Source: Eledone cirrhosa (lineage: Eukaryota). Taken from it: a DNA stretch of 64,000 nt. Below, in pieces: positions 1-12,699 of this stretch. The first letter of the stretch is position 1. Every line of letters begins with the position of its first letter. Under the pieces are notes generated by a model. The model did not search any database and was not told the origin of the DNA. It saw only the letters and a list, made by a program, of their open reading frames with translations. Location: positions 278,132,001 to 278,196,000 of the forward strand of contig OZ024742.1 in the NCBI GenBank assembly GCA_964016885.1. Reading direction: 5' to 3'. Both the position numbers and the translations under genes were made by a program.

Positions 1-985
1 TCCAGCCAAAATTGGATAGTTTCTATTCCTAGGTTGTGGGGGATGTTGGAGTATAGGTTGACTACATCGAACGTCACTAGTAGGGTTTGTTCAGAAAGTG
101 GCATATTAGGGAGGTGATTGAGCATATCTAGGTCGTCCCTTATATAGCTTTTGATGTGTTTGAGAAAGGGCTTGACAAGGGTATCAATGAAGTTGCTAAG
201 GCGGTGGGTTTCGCAAGCGAGGCCTGCTATTATAGGTCTTAATTTGAGATCATTGGGTGAGGGAACATTGATGACTATGTCTGTGGCTTCTTATTAATTC
301 CTTACTTATTAATTCGCTTTTATGTGCTTTAGGGATACCGTAGAAAAGGCTGGATTTACTTGTGAAGTCTGTGATAAAGCTGAATTCCTTGTTAGTGAGT
401 CCTTCTTTGTATTGGTTGATTAGAGTTTTTAGGTTTCTCATAATTTTCTGTTGATTGTAGTGTTCATCCTTTTCGCAGTATGTTTCGTTTTCCAAAGTGG
501 AGAGCGCTAAGTTGATATAGAATTCTGTCTCCATTAGGACTACTGTACTCCCTTTATCAGCCTCTTTAATTTTAATGTTTCTGTCGGTTTTTAATCTATT
601 TAATTCTTCCCATTCTTTCTTGTTGAGGTTTGGCTTGTGTTTTTGTCTGTGCAAGTGTTGGTAAGGGGAGTTTGTGATGTGTTCACAGAATTCATCCAGG
701 ATTTTATTTCTACCTTTTAATGGGGTGTAATTGCTTCTATTTCTGGCGAATGATTCATCCTCATTGTACTGGTCGAATAGTTGTTCACTGAGTCGTAACT
801 TTCTACAGAAGTCTGTGATGTCTTCCTTCATTTCATAGTAGTTAGGACGTAGTGGAGTCGGTGTGAATTTAAGACCTTTGGAGAGTAAGTTGATAAGGTT
901 GGGTGTTGGTTCTGCACTAGTAAGATTGATAATTTTTATTACTATCGGTTTCTCCTCCCTGTCTTGTGTTATTTTGTTTGCCTGT
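1..985 (-). mobile_element. Penelope-like element (PLE) reverse transcriptase, N-terminal part, frameshifted, runs off the window start
   Basis: ORF 250-1074(-) contains LLSKGLKFTPTP, IKEADKGSTVV and FYGIPKAHK. Manual translation of 1-258(-) in another frame gives LKLRPIIAG...FLKHIKSYIRDDLD...LVTFDVVNLYSNIP. These are typical PLE RT motifs. The upstream end is lost in a (TA)n run. Confidence 0.88.
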
Positions 986-986
986 A

Positions 987-1038
<52 letters not shown>

Positions 1039-1044
1039 TATGAG

Positions 1045-1285
1045 TGATTCGATTCCCGGCGAAGTGCACGACACTTCATTTTACGTTACTCCAGGTAACC
1101 CAGCTGGCAAATATAAGTTGTACCTGTAATTCGAATGGTCAGCTTGTCACGTTCTCCCAGAGAACTACATTAAGAGTACATGTGTCTGTGAAATGCTCAG
1201 ACACTTGCACGTTAATTTTACGAGCAGGCTGTTCCTTTGGTCGGATCAAGTGGAATACTCGTCGTAGTAACCGACAGAGTACCTT
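1045..1285 (+). mobile_element. tRNA-derived SINE (family 1), 5'-truncated
   Basis: B-box-like ATTCGATTCC, then gacacttcattttacgttactccag...cagctggcaaa. Homologous degenerate pieces lie on the minus strand near 29200-29290 and 29756-29850, and the same head occurs at 16445-16632. Confidence 0.6.
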
Positions 1286-1754
1286 CCATTCCATATATAT
1301 ATAGTTATACTTTGGGAGGGTCATGTTGCCAATAATAAATTCAGAAACGAAATATATATATATATATACATACATACATACAAGCGTGTCTGTGTTTGGA
1401 CGTCAGTTTAGATTACTTAAACGATTTTTATTTTTATAATCTGATTACATCTTTATATTTTCTCTCTTCGCGTCTTTATATTTTATCATACCTATATCCT
1501 TACATTCAGATTTTTATTACGATAATCTGTTCACTTCTTAATATGCTCTCTCTGCACCTCTCTATATCGTTATATTCTTATATTCTTTGCATTCTTACAT
1601 TCTTTTAATCATTTCACTTTTGATTTCGGTTTCTCTTATTTATTTAAATGCTGGGTTATTCGCTGTTCCATATTTTCTTGACAATTTTCTTAATTCTTTT
1701 CTTATGGTCTTTCTAGTACTACTTTGTTATCATCGCCCCCCCCCCCAGACACAC

Positions 1755-1804
<50 letters not shown>

Positions 1805-1967
1805 TGTGTATATATATACATATATATATAGACGTATATTTATCCATATTTATTCATGTATGTATATATATATATGTATATAAATGTATCTTTCCAACTC
1901 TATAATTGTCTATTTATTTATCTGTATATCTACCTACTTACCTACCTACCTACCCACCTGCCCACAC

Positions 1968-2050
<83 letters not shown>
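1968..2050. repeat. (TATC)n microsatellite directly 5' of a Tx1 copy
   Basis: Pure TATC run abutting the truncated 5' end of the LINE. Confidence 0.95.
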
Positions 2051-2051
<1 letters not shown>

Positions 2052-2055
2052 CTAC

Positions 2056-3125
2056 GTATTCCTCACCGGACAACCGGTGTGGGCCCCGTTCGTGAGGCGA
2101 GCCTTCCCACGACTCGTCTCACTGACCGAGCTGCAGTCCTGGGTCAAGCAGAGACCGAGGAAAATGGGCGACTGGCACATCGAATGTGCTCAGGCGCTCA
2201 CAGCCCTCTGGCAGGCGGACCCGGCGATCAGTGGAGACTCCACTTCGTCATTCTATAGAGGGTTGGTCCGCAGCAAGTGCGACGACGCGCTCGGTGAAAC
2301 TCTAGGCGTGGAGGAAGATGAACTGGCCAGTCTGTTCGGTAGGACCTTCCGCCCGGGACCGATGGACAACTTCCAAAAGTCCCTGGCCTGGCAGTGCTAC
2401 CGAGGAGCTCTACCAGTTCGAGACAAGCTCTACAGACATGGGCGCCCGGGCAGGGACCCTGCAAAAAAGATCTGTCCGAGGTGCGTGCGAGACGAAGAAA
2501 CCGTCGCGCACGCATTCATACACTGCCCGGGCGTCACTGACCTGTGGGGATATGTAGAACGACTATTGTCGCGGGTGGGACCAATCCAGTTGACCACCGA
2601 GTCCATTGTCATGATCAAACCGCCACCCTCCTTCAAAAACGAAGGAGAGGCGGTTTTCCTTTGTGTGATAGCTATGGCGTAAGAGGTTGTATGGTGGACA
2701 AGGTTGAAAGGGCTGAGGTCAGACACCTTTCTCTCCGGCCAACAACTGATTCTTTTTTTCAAATACCACTTTGGAAGAAGAATCAGGATGGAGAGAGAGG
2801 TGCTGTACCCCAGCAAGTTTTATGAAAGGTGGGTGAAAGTGGCGAGAATGGCCCGAGTGAATGGGCCTTCTCTCTATATCAGCCTGTAGATTGAGGAAAA
2901 GGAGGAGGAGAGGAAAGGAGTACAAGCTCTTCGTACTCCTGGAGATGAGGGTTGCACATTTTTTTAGGGGGTATGTGTTACCCATATAAACTGTCTCCCT
3001 CTATTGGGGAAAATCGACTAACTTTTAAATTCCATCTGTGATATCATTTTACACGTTTTTATTGTATGTAAACTTCCCCCTTTGTATTTGTCCCCTTCTT
3101 TTGTGCCCCTGTGGCTAATAAAGAA

Positions 3126-3126
<1 letters not shown>
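2056..3126 (+). mobile_element. Tx1-clade (L1 group) LINE, 5'-truncated copy A: ORF2 C-terminus and 3' UTR
   Basis: WQCYRGALPVRDKL and the zinc knuckle CPRCVRDEETVAHAFIHC. Ends with gtgcccctgtggctAATAAAgaaa followed by (TATC)n. Homologous to 3200-4910 and 16824-18046. Confidence 0.85.
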
Positions 3127-3185
<59 letters not shown>

Positions 3186-3199
3186 CTATATAAATATCT

Positions 3200-4910
3200 A
3201 CGCATTCCATCCAACAGGGATGCACTCTCTCCTCCATTCTGTACGTACTGACTCTAGAACCACTGCTGCGGAGGTTGGAACTGCTGCAGAGCATTCCGTA
3301 TGGAACCGGGACTGCGTAAAGCGGCGTCGGCTTATGCCGACGACGTAACTGTAATGGTGTCGGAAGCCTCTGAAATCGGGGCGATCGGCAACTTACTGGC
3401 TCAGAGGAGCAAAACTGAACACAGTCAAGTCTGTCGGTTTGCAACTCGGAACGTAGAGAGGCAAACTGATGCCGTCCGACAGCGTCGTCATACGCTGGAC
3501 GGACGGTCCGTTGAAATTGTTCGGGGTTTGGTACGGTCCGGACCTCTAGCTGGAGAAAAACTGGAACGAGGTCACGGCCAAGGTATTTGCGCTCACCCAG
3601 AAGTGGGCAGAGTGCAAACTATCCTTGAATGGTTGAGCGGAGCTGGCGAACACTTTCATATCGTCCGTCATCTACTACCGCTTGACCGTCTTGCTTTGTC
3701 CCCGCGAACACCTCACCAAGATGAACGCATGCTATTGCAGTTCCTTTGGAAGAAGCAGGCTCCACTGGTGAGGAGATCCGTCTGCTGTCAGCACCCTTCC
3801 AACGGATGGCTAGGAATGCTGTAGCTGATGATGCGCAAGCATGCGCTGAGGCTACAGCATCTGCAGGTATTGCTCACTGACCCCCAACCAGTGTGGACAC
3901 CGTTTGTGAGACAGGCCTTCCCGCAACTTGTTTCGCTGACGGAGCTGCAGTCCTGGGTCAAGCGTAGACCGAAGAAGATGGGCGCCTGGCACATTGAATG
4001 CGCTCAGGCGCTCACAGTCATCTGTCAAGCGGGCACGGCAATCATTGGAGACTCCACTTCGACATTCTATAGAGGGTTAGTACGTCACAAGGGCGATGAC
4101 GTGCTCGGAAAGACTCTAGGCGTCGAAGACGACGAACTCACCAGTCTGTTTGGTAGGACTTTCCACCCGGGACCTATGGACAACTTCCAAAGGTCCCTGG
4201 CCTGGTAGTGCTAACGAGGAGCTCTACCAGTTCGTGACAAGATCTACAGACACCAACGGCAGGATCCTTCCAAGAGGACGTGTCCAAGATGGGCGCAGGT
4301 CATTGAAACCGTCCTGCACGCAATTGTACACTGCCCGGGCGTAACCGACCTGTGGAACTACGCAGAACAACTGCTGTCGCGTATGGGACAAATCCAGTTG
4401 ACTGCCGAGTCCATAGTAAGGATCAAACCGCCAACTTCTTTCAAAAACGAAAGAGCGGCGGTTTTCCTCTGTATAGTGGCTATGGTGAAAGAGGTTATAT
4501 GGTGGACGAGATTGAGAGGACTAAGTACAGATGCCTTTTTCTCCGGACAACAACGCATTCCCTTCTTTAGATACCACTATAGAAGGAGAATCAGAGTAGA
4601 GAGAGAGGCACTGCACCCTAGTAAATTTCTGAAAGGTGGGTGAATGAGGCAATATGGCCCGAGTAATTGGGCCCTCTCTGTATATAAACCTGTAGATTGA
4701 ACAAAAGAGCAAAAGGAAGAAAGGAGCACTTGCACAACATGCTCCTGGTATTAAACTCCTGGTATTAAACAACCCATTTGTGGTTCTTCCCCCCTATTTC
4801 GATTGTTGTAATTGTTTGTTTTTATATTTTTTACACGACTCTATGTAAAATCCACGGCATGTCTTTGTATTGTCCCCTTTTCTTGTGCGCCCTTGCGGCA
4901 AATAAATAAA
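3200..4910 (+). mobile_element. Tx1-clade LINE, 5'-truncated copy B: RT to 3' end, disrupted
   Basis: QQGCTLSSILY and AYADDVTV RT motifs, plus FLWKKQAPLVRRSVC. Several stops and frameshifts. Ends AATAAATAAA then tatatctatc. In tandem behind the (TATC)n that follows copy A. Confidence 0.85.
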
Positions 4911-5174
4911 TATATCTATCTACGTAATCTATCAATCTATCTATCTCTCTCTCTATTTATCTCTCTATTTATCTAACAATTTGTACGTCTGTCTGTCTAT
5001 ATATCTATGTGGAGAGTTTCCCCTCTTTCGCAGTTCTTTGTTCCTCCAAACCAACACTCACTTAGATGTACACACGTACAAGGAAACTCTCACGGTAAGA
5101 TATTCACACAAACATCTCCGCAACAAATACACACACACACTCATACAAACGCACATATATATCCATAAAACTAC

Positions 5175-5219
5175 GCATACATACATATACATACATATAC
5201 ATACATACATACATATACA

Positions 5220-5251
<32 letters not shown>

Positions 5252-5261
5252 CATACATACA

Positions 5262-5293
<32 letters not shown>

Positions 5294-5303
5294 CATACAT
5301 ACA

Positions 5304-5334
<31 letters not shown>

Positions 5335-5482
5335 GCATACATACATACATACATATATATACATACATATACATACATACATACATACATACATATACAT
5401 ACATACGTACATATACATACATACATACATACATACATACATACATACATACATACATACATACATACATACATACATACAT
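5175..5482. repeat. (TACA)n microsatellite
   Basis: Direct inspection. Confidence 0.95.
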
Positions 5483-5569
5483 ACAAGCACTCACACATAC
5501 ATTTATGCAAACTAAAAAAATGTTTAGACATGAAAAGAAATCGGATAGCCGCCCACTGGAACCTCATCT

Positions 5570-5609
<40 letters not shown>

Positions 5610-5656
5610 CAAAGGTGCTGCTCCTGCCACTACTAATACTACTACTACTGCTCCTG

Positions 5657-5710
<54 letters not shown>

Positions 5711-5819
5711 GTGCGTTGATGGTGGGGTGGCTGTTTGGGTTGGGTTGTCGTAAATCATATGATGGTTTAATAAATAAATAATAACATTACATCACCATCA
5801 CTACCATCATCCTCCCACG

Positions 5820-5867
<48 letters not shown>

Positions 5868-5910
5868 CCACCATGATGATGATCATCATCATCACCATGA
5901 TCATCATCAT
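5570..5910. repeat. (CTA)n and (CAT)n trinucleotide microsatellites
   Basis: Direct inspection. Confidence 0.9.
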
Positions 5911-6226
5911 CACTAGCATCAGAACCCAACTCTTTACGACCATCACGACTACCAACACCACAGCCACAGTAACCACCGCCACCACCATCAGCACCCCCCA
6001 CTATGAATCCCCCTCCCCCTATAACAAACAAAAATAACAATCAACATATAAGTAAAAACATTAAAGTGGAGAAATTCGAGAATACGGCTAGAATAAAACG
6101 TTTAAAACAAACGCTTCCTATTCAGATAAACTTGATGAGCGATTTATTGAAGCCACGTTGGTAACTATCACGTGATATGTATATGTTATAATCACACACA
6201 CGCAACCACACATACACATACACATG

Positions 6227-6310
<84 letters not shown>

Positions 6311-6483
6311 TATATATATTTATATATATATCCGTATGGATAGGAGTTAACAGTTTAGACCATTGTTCAGCTTAGTACTCGATAATTAAGATAGAGTGTA
6401 GGTATAATAAAGAATTACTGCCCGATGACAAGAGTTCAGCCGTCGAGGAGTAACTAATTATAATATATATATATATATATATA

Positions 6484-6513
6484 TACTAGCAGAATGGCCC
6501 GGCGTTGCTCGGG
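6484..6513 (+). mobile_element. Possible 5' terminus of a non-autonomous Helitron/Helentron-like element
   Basis: TACTAGC...cccggcgttgctcggg (short hairpin) directly after (TA)n resembles such termini. The other end was not identified. Confidence 0.35.
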
Positions 6514-6876
6514 ATTTGTTCTATGGTTCTTATATATTTGATAATATCTTTATCGAGCCTCGTGAAATAAATACGTTTGTTTATATTTTGTTATTGTGTA
6601 TGCAAAAATATCTGTACACGAATATATAATTATATATGGAAGTGTGGATCATACTGTTTGTTCCACACTTTATTTGTGGCGAAATATGCTTAGTGCATAT
6701 CCAGGAGATATAGTTATGAACAAATAGTCTGTACATTATAATTTATCATTTTAAATTGTTATATATTTTCCATTCTATTCGTAGATAATATGATTTTCAC
6801 TCTGGTGGTATTATATTCCTTATAATTGAACACATATCGCTTTGTGTATTTTTCTCTATATACTGTCTCATAAAGA

Positions 6877-7066
6877 GCCCGGTGATTGGCAGTATCGGTA
6901 GAGGGTCGAACGCCATGCTTTGCAGCAAAGATTTACGGCTCTTTATGGTCTGAGTTCAAATCCCGCCGAGGTTAACTTTGCCTTTCATCCTTACGGGGTC
7001 GATAAAATAAAGTACCAGTAATATACTGGGATAATTGCTGGCCTTGTGCCAAAAGTAGAAACAATT
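6877..7066 (+). mobile_element. tRNA-derived SINE (family 2)
   Basis: A box TGGCAGTATCGG, B box GAGTTCAAATCC, body actttgcctttcatccttacggggtcgataaaataaagtaccag. Repeated several times in the window. Confidence 0.85.
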
Positions 7067-7164
7067 AAATTATAGGGATTAATGTGAGTCTTTAACTCCA
7101 TGTTTTAATTTGATATATATATATATATATAATATATACATTATTATTTTCTACATTACTGAAT

Positions 7165-7818
7165 TGCCGTGTCTAGACCTTTGTCAGCCGCTCTCCAGCT
7201 CTCTATTTAAAACTGTACATGGTTATGGTGCGGCCACACTTAGAATTTGCATCACCAGTCTGGAACCCCTATCTTGCTCAGAACATTGACCGCCTGGAAA
7301 CTGTTCAGAGACGTGCAACCAAGTGAATACCCTCCATCAGGCATCTACCAAACTACGCCTTGCTTCCCTGGGCATGGATACATTGAAGCTCCGACTCCTG
7401 GCAACTGACTTGGTAAACACCCACAAAATTATTAACCATCTTGCCAACAACAACTCTGAGTACCTTTTTGATTTCCATGTGTCTAACACACGTGGGCATA
7501 CCCACAAAGTCAGAAAACAGCACAGTTCCCATGACTTTCGGAAACATTTTTTCACGCTCAGAGTTGCTGAAGCATGGAACAAACTACCTGCATCAGTTGT
7601 TAGCTGTCGAGACACTGCATCCTTTAAAACCTTCTTGCTTCCCGAGATTCGCCAACACTACACCTGATACACCTCCATACACACACACATGTATATCATG
7701 ACTCACACACTGTTCACTTTCCTGACATTTGTACATTATTCTATGTACTATACATACACCTTTGACGAGTTGTAGTGCACCTGAGCACTTTACACAATAA
7801 TTTCATTATTATTATTAT
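7165..7818 (+). mobile_element. CR1-group LINE 3' fragment with (ATT)n tail
   Basis: MVRPHLEFASPVWNPYLAQNIDRLETVQRRATK and FFTLRVAEAWNKLP are typical of the CR1/L2 ORF2 C-terminus. Ends in attattattatt. Confidence 0.85.
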
Positions 7819-8927
7819 AGAAATAGTGGAACATCAAGCAGTTGCATAAATTATTTGACAAATATATGACCGAAAAAAGAAAACTCTTTTATAACTCATA
7901 TAAATACATGCAACCCACCTAACACACACAATACACGCACACACACACGCACACACACACACGCGCACACACACACTCTCACACACACACATACACACAC
8001 ACACAAACACACACACATATATATATATATATTTTAAATGAAACAAGACAAAACACAGGAAGCAAAATTACATAATATGTATATATATATATATATGTGT
8101 GTGTTGTGTGTGTGTGTGTGTGCTATATCCCGACTTCAGTCGGAGGTAACCACAGTAAGTAAGGTACTCAATACATAGCAGGAAAGTTTTCCTGATGATA
8201 TCCTCTGAATGAAACAATTCTAGTCCTGTATAAACCAATTCTATATATTATATGTATATATAATCTAATCTGGCCGAGTTTACACTCGCAAATAAGAAGA
8301 ACCAAGGCTGCCCCTAGGAGCATTGGAATTGGTGTACTTCATATTTGTTTCGGTTGCTTAATATATATATATATATATAAACACACACACATATATTTAG
8401 TAGATCGTTGAAACGGCAAGAACTCATAACTCATATATGTATGTATACGCACGCAAAACTACACACAAAAACACACTTGAACACACGCGCGCACATATAT
8501 GTACATGTACATATACACACAAAAATAAAAATGGCTGCATATATGATACGGCATTCTTTGTTTTCTATTTCTCTTTTCTGTCTTCTCACTCAAATGTAAC
8601 AAGGAATGGGTTAAATTTTCCAAACGACGTATGAAGGGGGAGAACGTAAGAATAGAAGCCTGTAGTAGAGAATGATAGAAAAGGTTAAGCGAATGGATGT
8701 TTGCTGCGAATGGTCTGGCAGCGAACCAAAATCACCATAGTTATTCTCCACCACTATTCTCAATGTCCAGAAGACAGCAATCATTGGCTGCTCTGCAACG
8801 TCTCATATTATATTGTTTATATATTCAGTTTATAAGCGGTTCATTCAGGCGGAATTTAATCCGACTGCCATATTGAAATTCATACATACATGCATACATA
8901 CATACATACATACAACCACACACGCAG

Positions 8928-8962
<35 letters not shown>

Positions 8963-9154
8963 TATATATATATACATATATACTTACGTACACACACACA
9001 CATATATATATGTGTGTGTGTCTACATGTGTGTGTATGTGTGTGTGCGTGCACACGCTCTTATTCATATATAAATATATATATCAATCTGTTCTATTGCA
9101 CGATTGATTGATCTGTTTATCGCTTCTCAATTTACAATTTATATACATTACATT

Positions 9155-9310
<156 letters not shown>

Positions 9311-9448
9311 TATATTTATTTATATATATGCATCGATACATACATGTGAGACCATGTGTGTACATGTGCCTGTGCTTACAAGCATTTACAAAAATATATA
9401 TTTATAAATGGACTCGGATGCTTAAACAGTGCTGCGTATGTGTGGTTA

Positions 9449-9485
<37 letters not shown>

Positions 9486-9601
9486 GTATTGTATATTTAA
9501 TAATATACTGTATGTTTATTTAAAATCATTTTGAAGGCCTTTCGCTATTAATTTAAGGTAGTGACCATAGTCACACGCAACTTCAGCAAGAACAAAGGGA
9601 A

Positions 9602-9644
9602 ATAACCGACGCGTTTCTTGCTGTTTAGCAGTTATCAAGGTTAT
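9602..9644 (-). ncRNA. Minimal type-I hammerhead ribozyme, U3-A8 core variant
   Basis: Minus strand reads ataacc-TTGATAA-ctgct aaac agcaa-GAAAC-GC-GTC-ggttat. It has a 6-bp stem I, a stem II hairpin, a GUC triplet and palindromic ACGCGT at stem III. Confidence 0.8.
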
Positions 9645-10146
9645 ATAATCCTCTGTTTTTGCTGTGTGCTGTAGAAGCTGGATTCTTATAGAATACCAAT
9701 TATGTTTATGAGCTGTTTAAACTCATTAACATACACAGCGATTGCCGGCCCAACAACAATTAAAGTTTGTGTTGGAGCTCTGAAATAGCGATGCATATCT
9801 GAATGTACGTACTGAAGCTAGGTATGTGGCTATAGTGACTATCTTAAATTCATAGGAAAGACTTTCAAAATGTTTCAAATAAATATACAGTACGTACATT
9901 CAAATATCCATCGCTATTTCAGAGCTCCAACACACACACACACACATATTTATATATATATAAATGTAAGTATGCACACCTACACATATATATATATTCA
10001 CATATATACATACACACACATATATACATATACATATGTACGAATGGGTTGTGTTCGATTTGTTTGTAAACAAACGGCCCGATCGTCACCTGTTTGTCAA
10101 CACTTTGAGAAACACTCAAGATATTTCTGGGTCATTAATATTCATC

Positions 10147-10330
10147 GTGGATTAGCAGTATAGGTAGAGGGTCGGACGCCATGCTTTCCAGCATAGTTAC
10201 GTCCCTTTACGATTTGAGTTCAAATCCCGCCGAGGTTGACTTTGCCTTTCATCCTTACGGGGTCGATAAAATAAAGTACCAGTAATGCACTGGGTAATTT
10301 GCTGACCTTGTGCCTAAAGTAGAAACAATT
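10147..10330 (+). mobile_element. tRNA-derived SINE (family 2) with probable TSD (..tattcatc)
   Basis: Nearly identical to 10723-10906. Flanked by attaatattcatc and attattattcatc. Confidence 0.85.
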
Positions 10331-10722
10331 ATTATTCATCAGGACTGCATACCTCTGGCAGTCTGTTGAACGGTTAAAAATATATAGATTTCCTTAAGTA
10401 CACATCGGCTGAGTAGCCTCATTTGCATACTGAACGAGTTACAGCGGTCTTGCCGAATGTTAAAAATAAAATCAGAATTTTATTTCTCGCCCTAATACAG
10501 CCGATACATAAATGTAAGTATACACACATACACATATAACACAAACATATATATATATATATATATGCAGAAGTTATATTTAATTTGTTGGGAATCAACA
10601 AGCTTAAAAGTTTTATAACTGAAATAAAGCACTCAACAATTTACTGGAGTAAATATTCAATATATTAATAAATGGAAACTATATTTATAAAACCATAATT
10701 ATTTTATTATATATATTTCAAG

Positions 10723-10906
10723 GGCGGTGGATTGGCAGTATCAGTAGAGGGTCGGACGCCATGCTTTCCAGCATAGTTACGTCCCTTTACGATCTGAGTT
10801 CAAATCCCGCCGAGGTTGACTTTGCCTTTCATCCTTACGGGGTCGATAAAATAAAGTACCAGTAATGCTCTGGGTAATTGCTGGCCTTGTGCCTAAAGTA
10901 GAAACA
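10723..10906 (+). mobile_element. tRNA-derived SINE (family 2) with 17-bp TSD
   Basis: attatatatatttcaag at both 10706-10722 and 10907-10923. Confidence 0.9.
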
Positions 10907-10964
10907 ATTATATATATTTCAAGGGCAACCAAGGTAGTTTTGGTGCGCTTTCATCAGATAAAAT
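10907..10964 (-). ncRNA. Hammerhead ribozyme, left-arm copy, stem I 3' strand displaced by the SINE insertion
   Basis: Minus strand reads attttat-CTGATGA-aagcgcaccaa...ttggttgccctt-GAAAT-ATAT-ATA. The ataaaat partner strand is at 10701-10707, beyond the SINE. Confidence 0.7.
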
Positions 10965-11054
10965 ACAAAATTTGTTTTATAAATATCCAGCGAACCTTCA
11001 ACCGTCAAGGTTATTTTTCTAAGGGTATGTCAACATTTATAAAACAAATTTTGT

Positions 11055-11117
11055 ATTTTATCTGATGAAAGCGCACCAAAACTGTATTGGTTGCCCTTGA
11101 AATATATATAATAAGAT
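11055..11117 (+). ncRNA. Minimal type-I hammerhead ribozyme (AUA triplet)
   Basis: attttat-CTGATGA(11062-11068)-aagcgcaccaa aactgta ttggttgccctt-GAAA T ATAT ATA-ataagat. Confidence 0.75.
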
Positions 11118-11156
11118 AATTATGGCTTTATAAATATAGTTTCCATTTATTAATAT

Positions 11157-11235
<79 letters not shown>

Positions 11236-11330
11236 GTAGAACACTGGAAGGTAATATCCGTAATGGTAGAGCCCTCAGTCCATGGGACGAGTTACGTAGA
11301 AGTGGTTACACAACAGTTAGTTCACCATAC

Positions 11331-11368
11331 CGAGAACAATCGTTTCAGCTTAGCGGATCCTCAGCTCG
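11331..11368 (-). ncRNA. Hammerhead-like motif (weak stem II)
   Basis: cgag-CTGAGGA-tccgctaagct-GAAAC-gatt-GTT-ctcg. Confidence 0.55.
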
Positions 11369-11410
11369 TAATGAACACGGTTATATGGTTCCGTATAACC
11401 ATGTCCATTA

Positions 11411-11453
11411 CGAGCTGAGGATCCGCTAAGCTGAAACAAAACAATGGTTCTCG
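11411..11453 (+). ncRNA. Hammerhead-like motif (weak stem II)
   Basis: cgag-CTGAGGA-tccgctaagct-GAAAC-aaaacaatg-GTT-ctcg. Confidence 0.5.
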
Positions 11454-11482
11454 GTATGGTGAACTAACTGTTGTGTAACCAC

Positions 11483-11553
<71 letters not shown>

Positions 11554-11608
11554 CATATACACATATATACATATATATATACACATATATATTGGGCGAG
11601 AAATAAAG

Positions 11609-12690
<1,082 letters not shown>

Positions 12691-12699
12691 TGACAATCA

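Larger units (their letters stand above)
10658..11160. repeat. Fold-back (inverted repeat) element with a hammerhead motif in each arm
   Basis: 10658-10984 (with the SINE removed) is the reverse complement of 11035-11160. The spacer is about 50 bp. Confidence 0.85.
11297..11487. repeat. Fold-back element with two opposed degenerate hammerhead motifs
   Basis: Near-perfect inverted repeat centred at about 11390, lying between two (TA)n runs. Confidence 0.9.

Noticed and set aside
8186-8230. CTGATGA-tatcctctgaat-GAAAC-aattcta-GTC hammerhead-like word
   Set aside because: Core spacing is right, but stem I cannot pair and stem II is poor. Possibly a decayed HHR, but not supportable.
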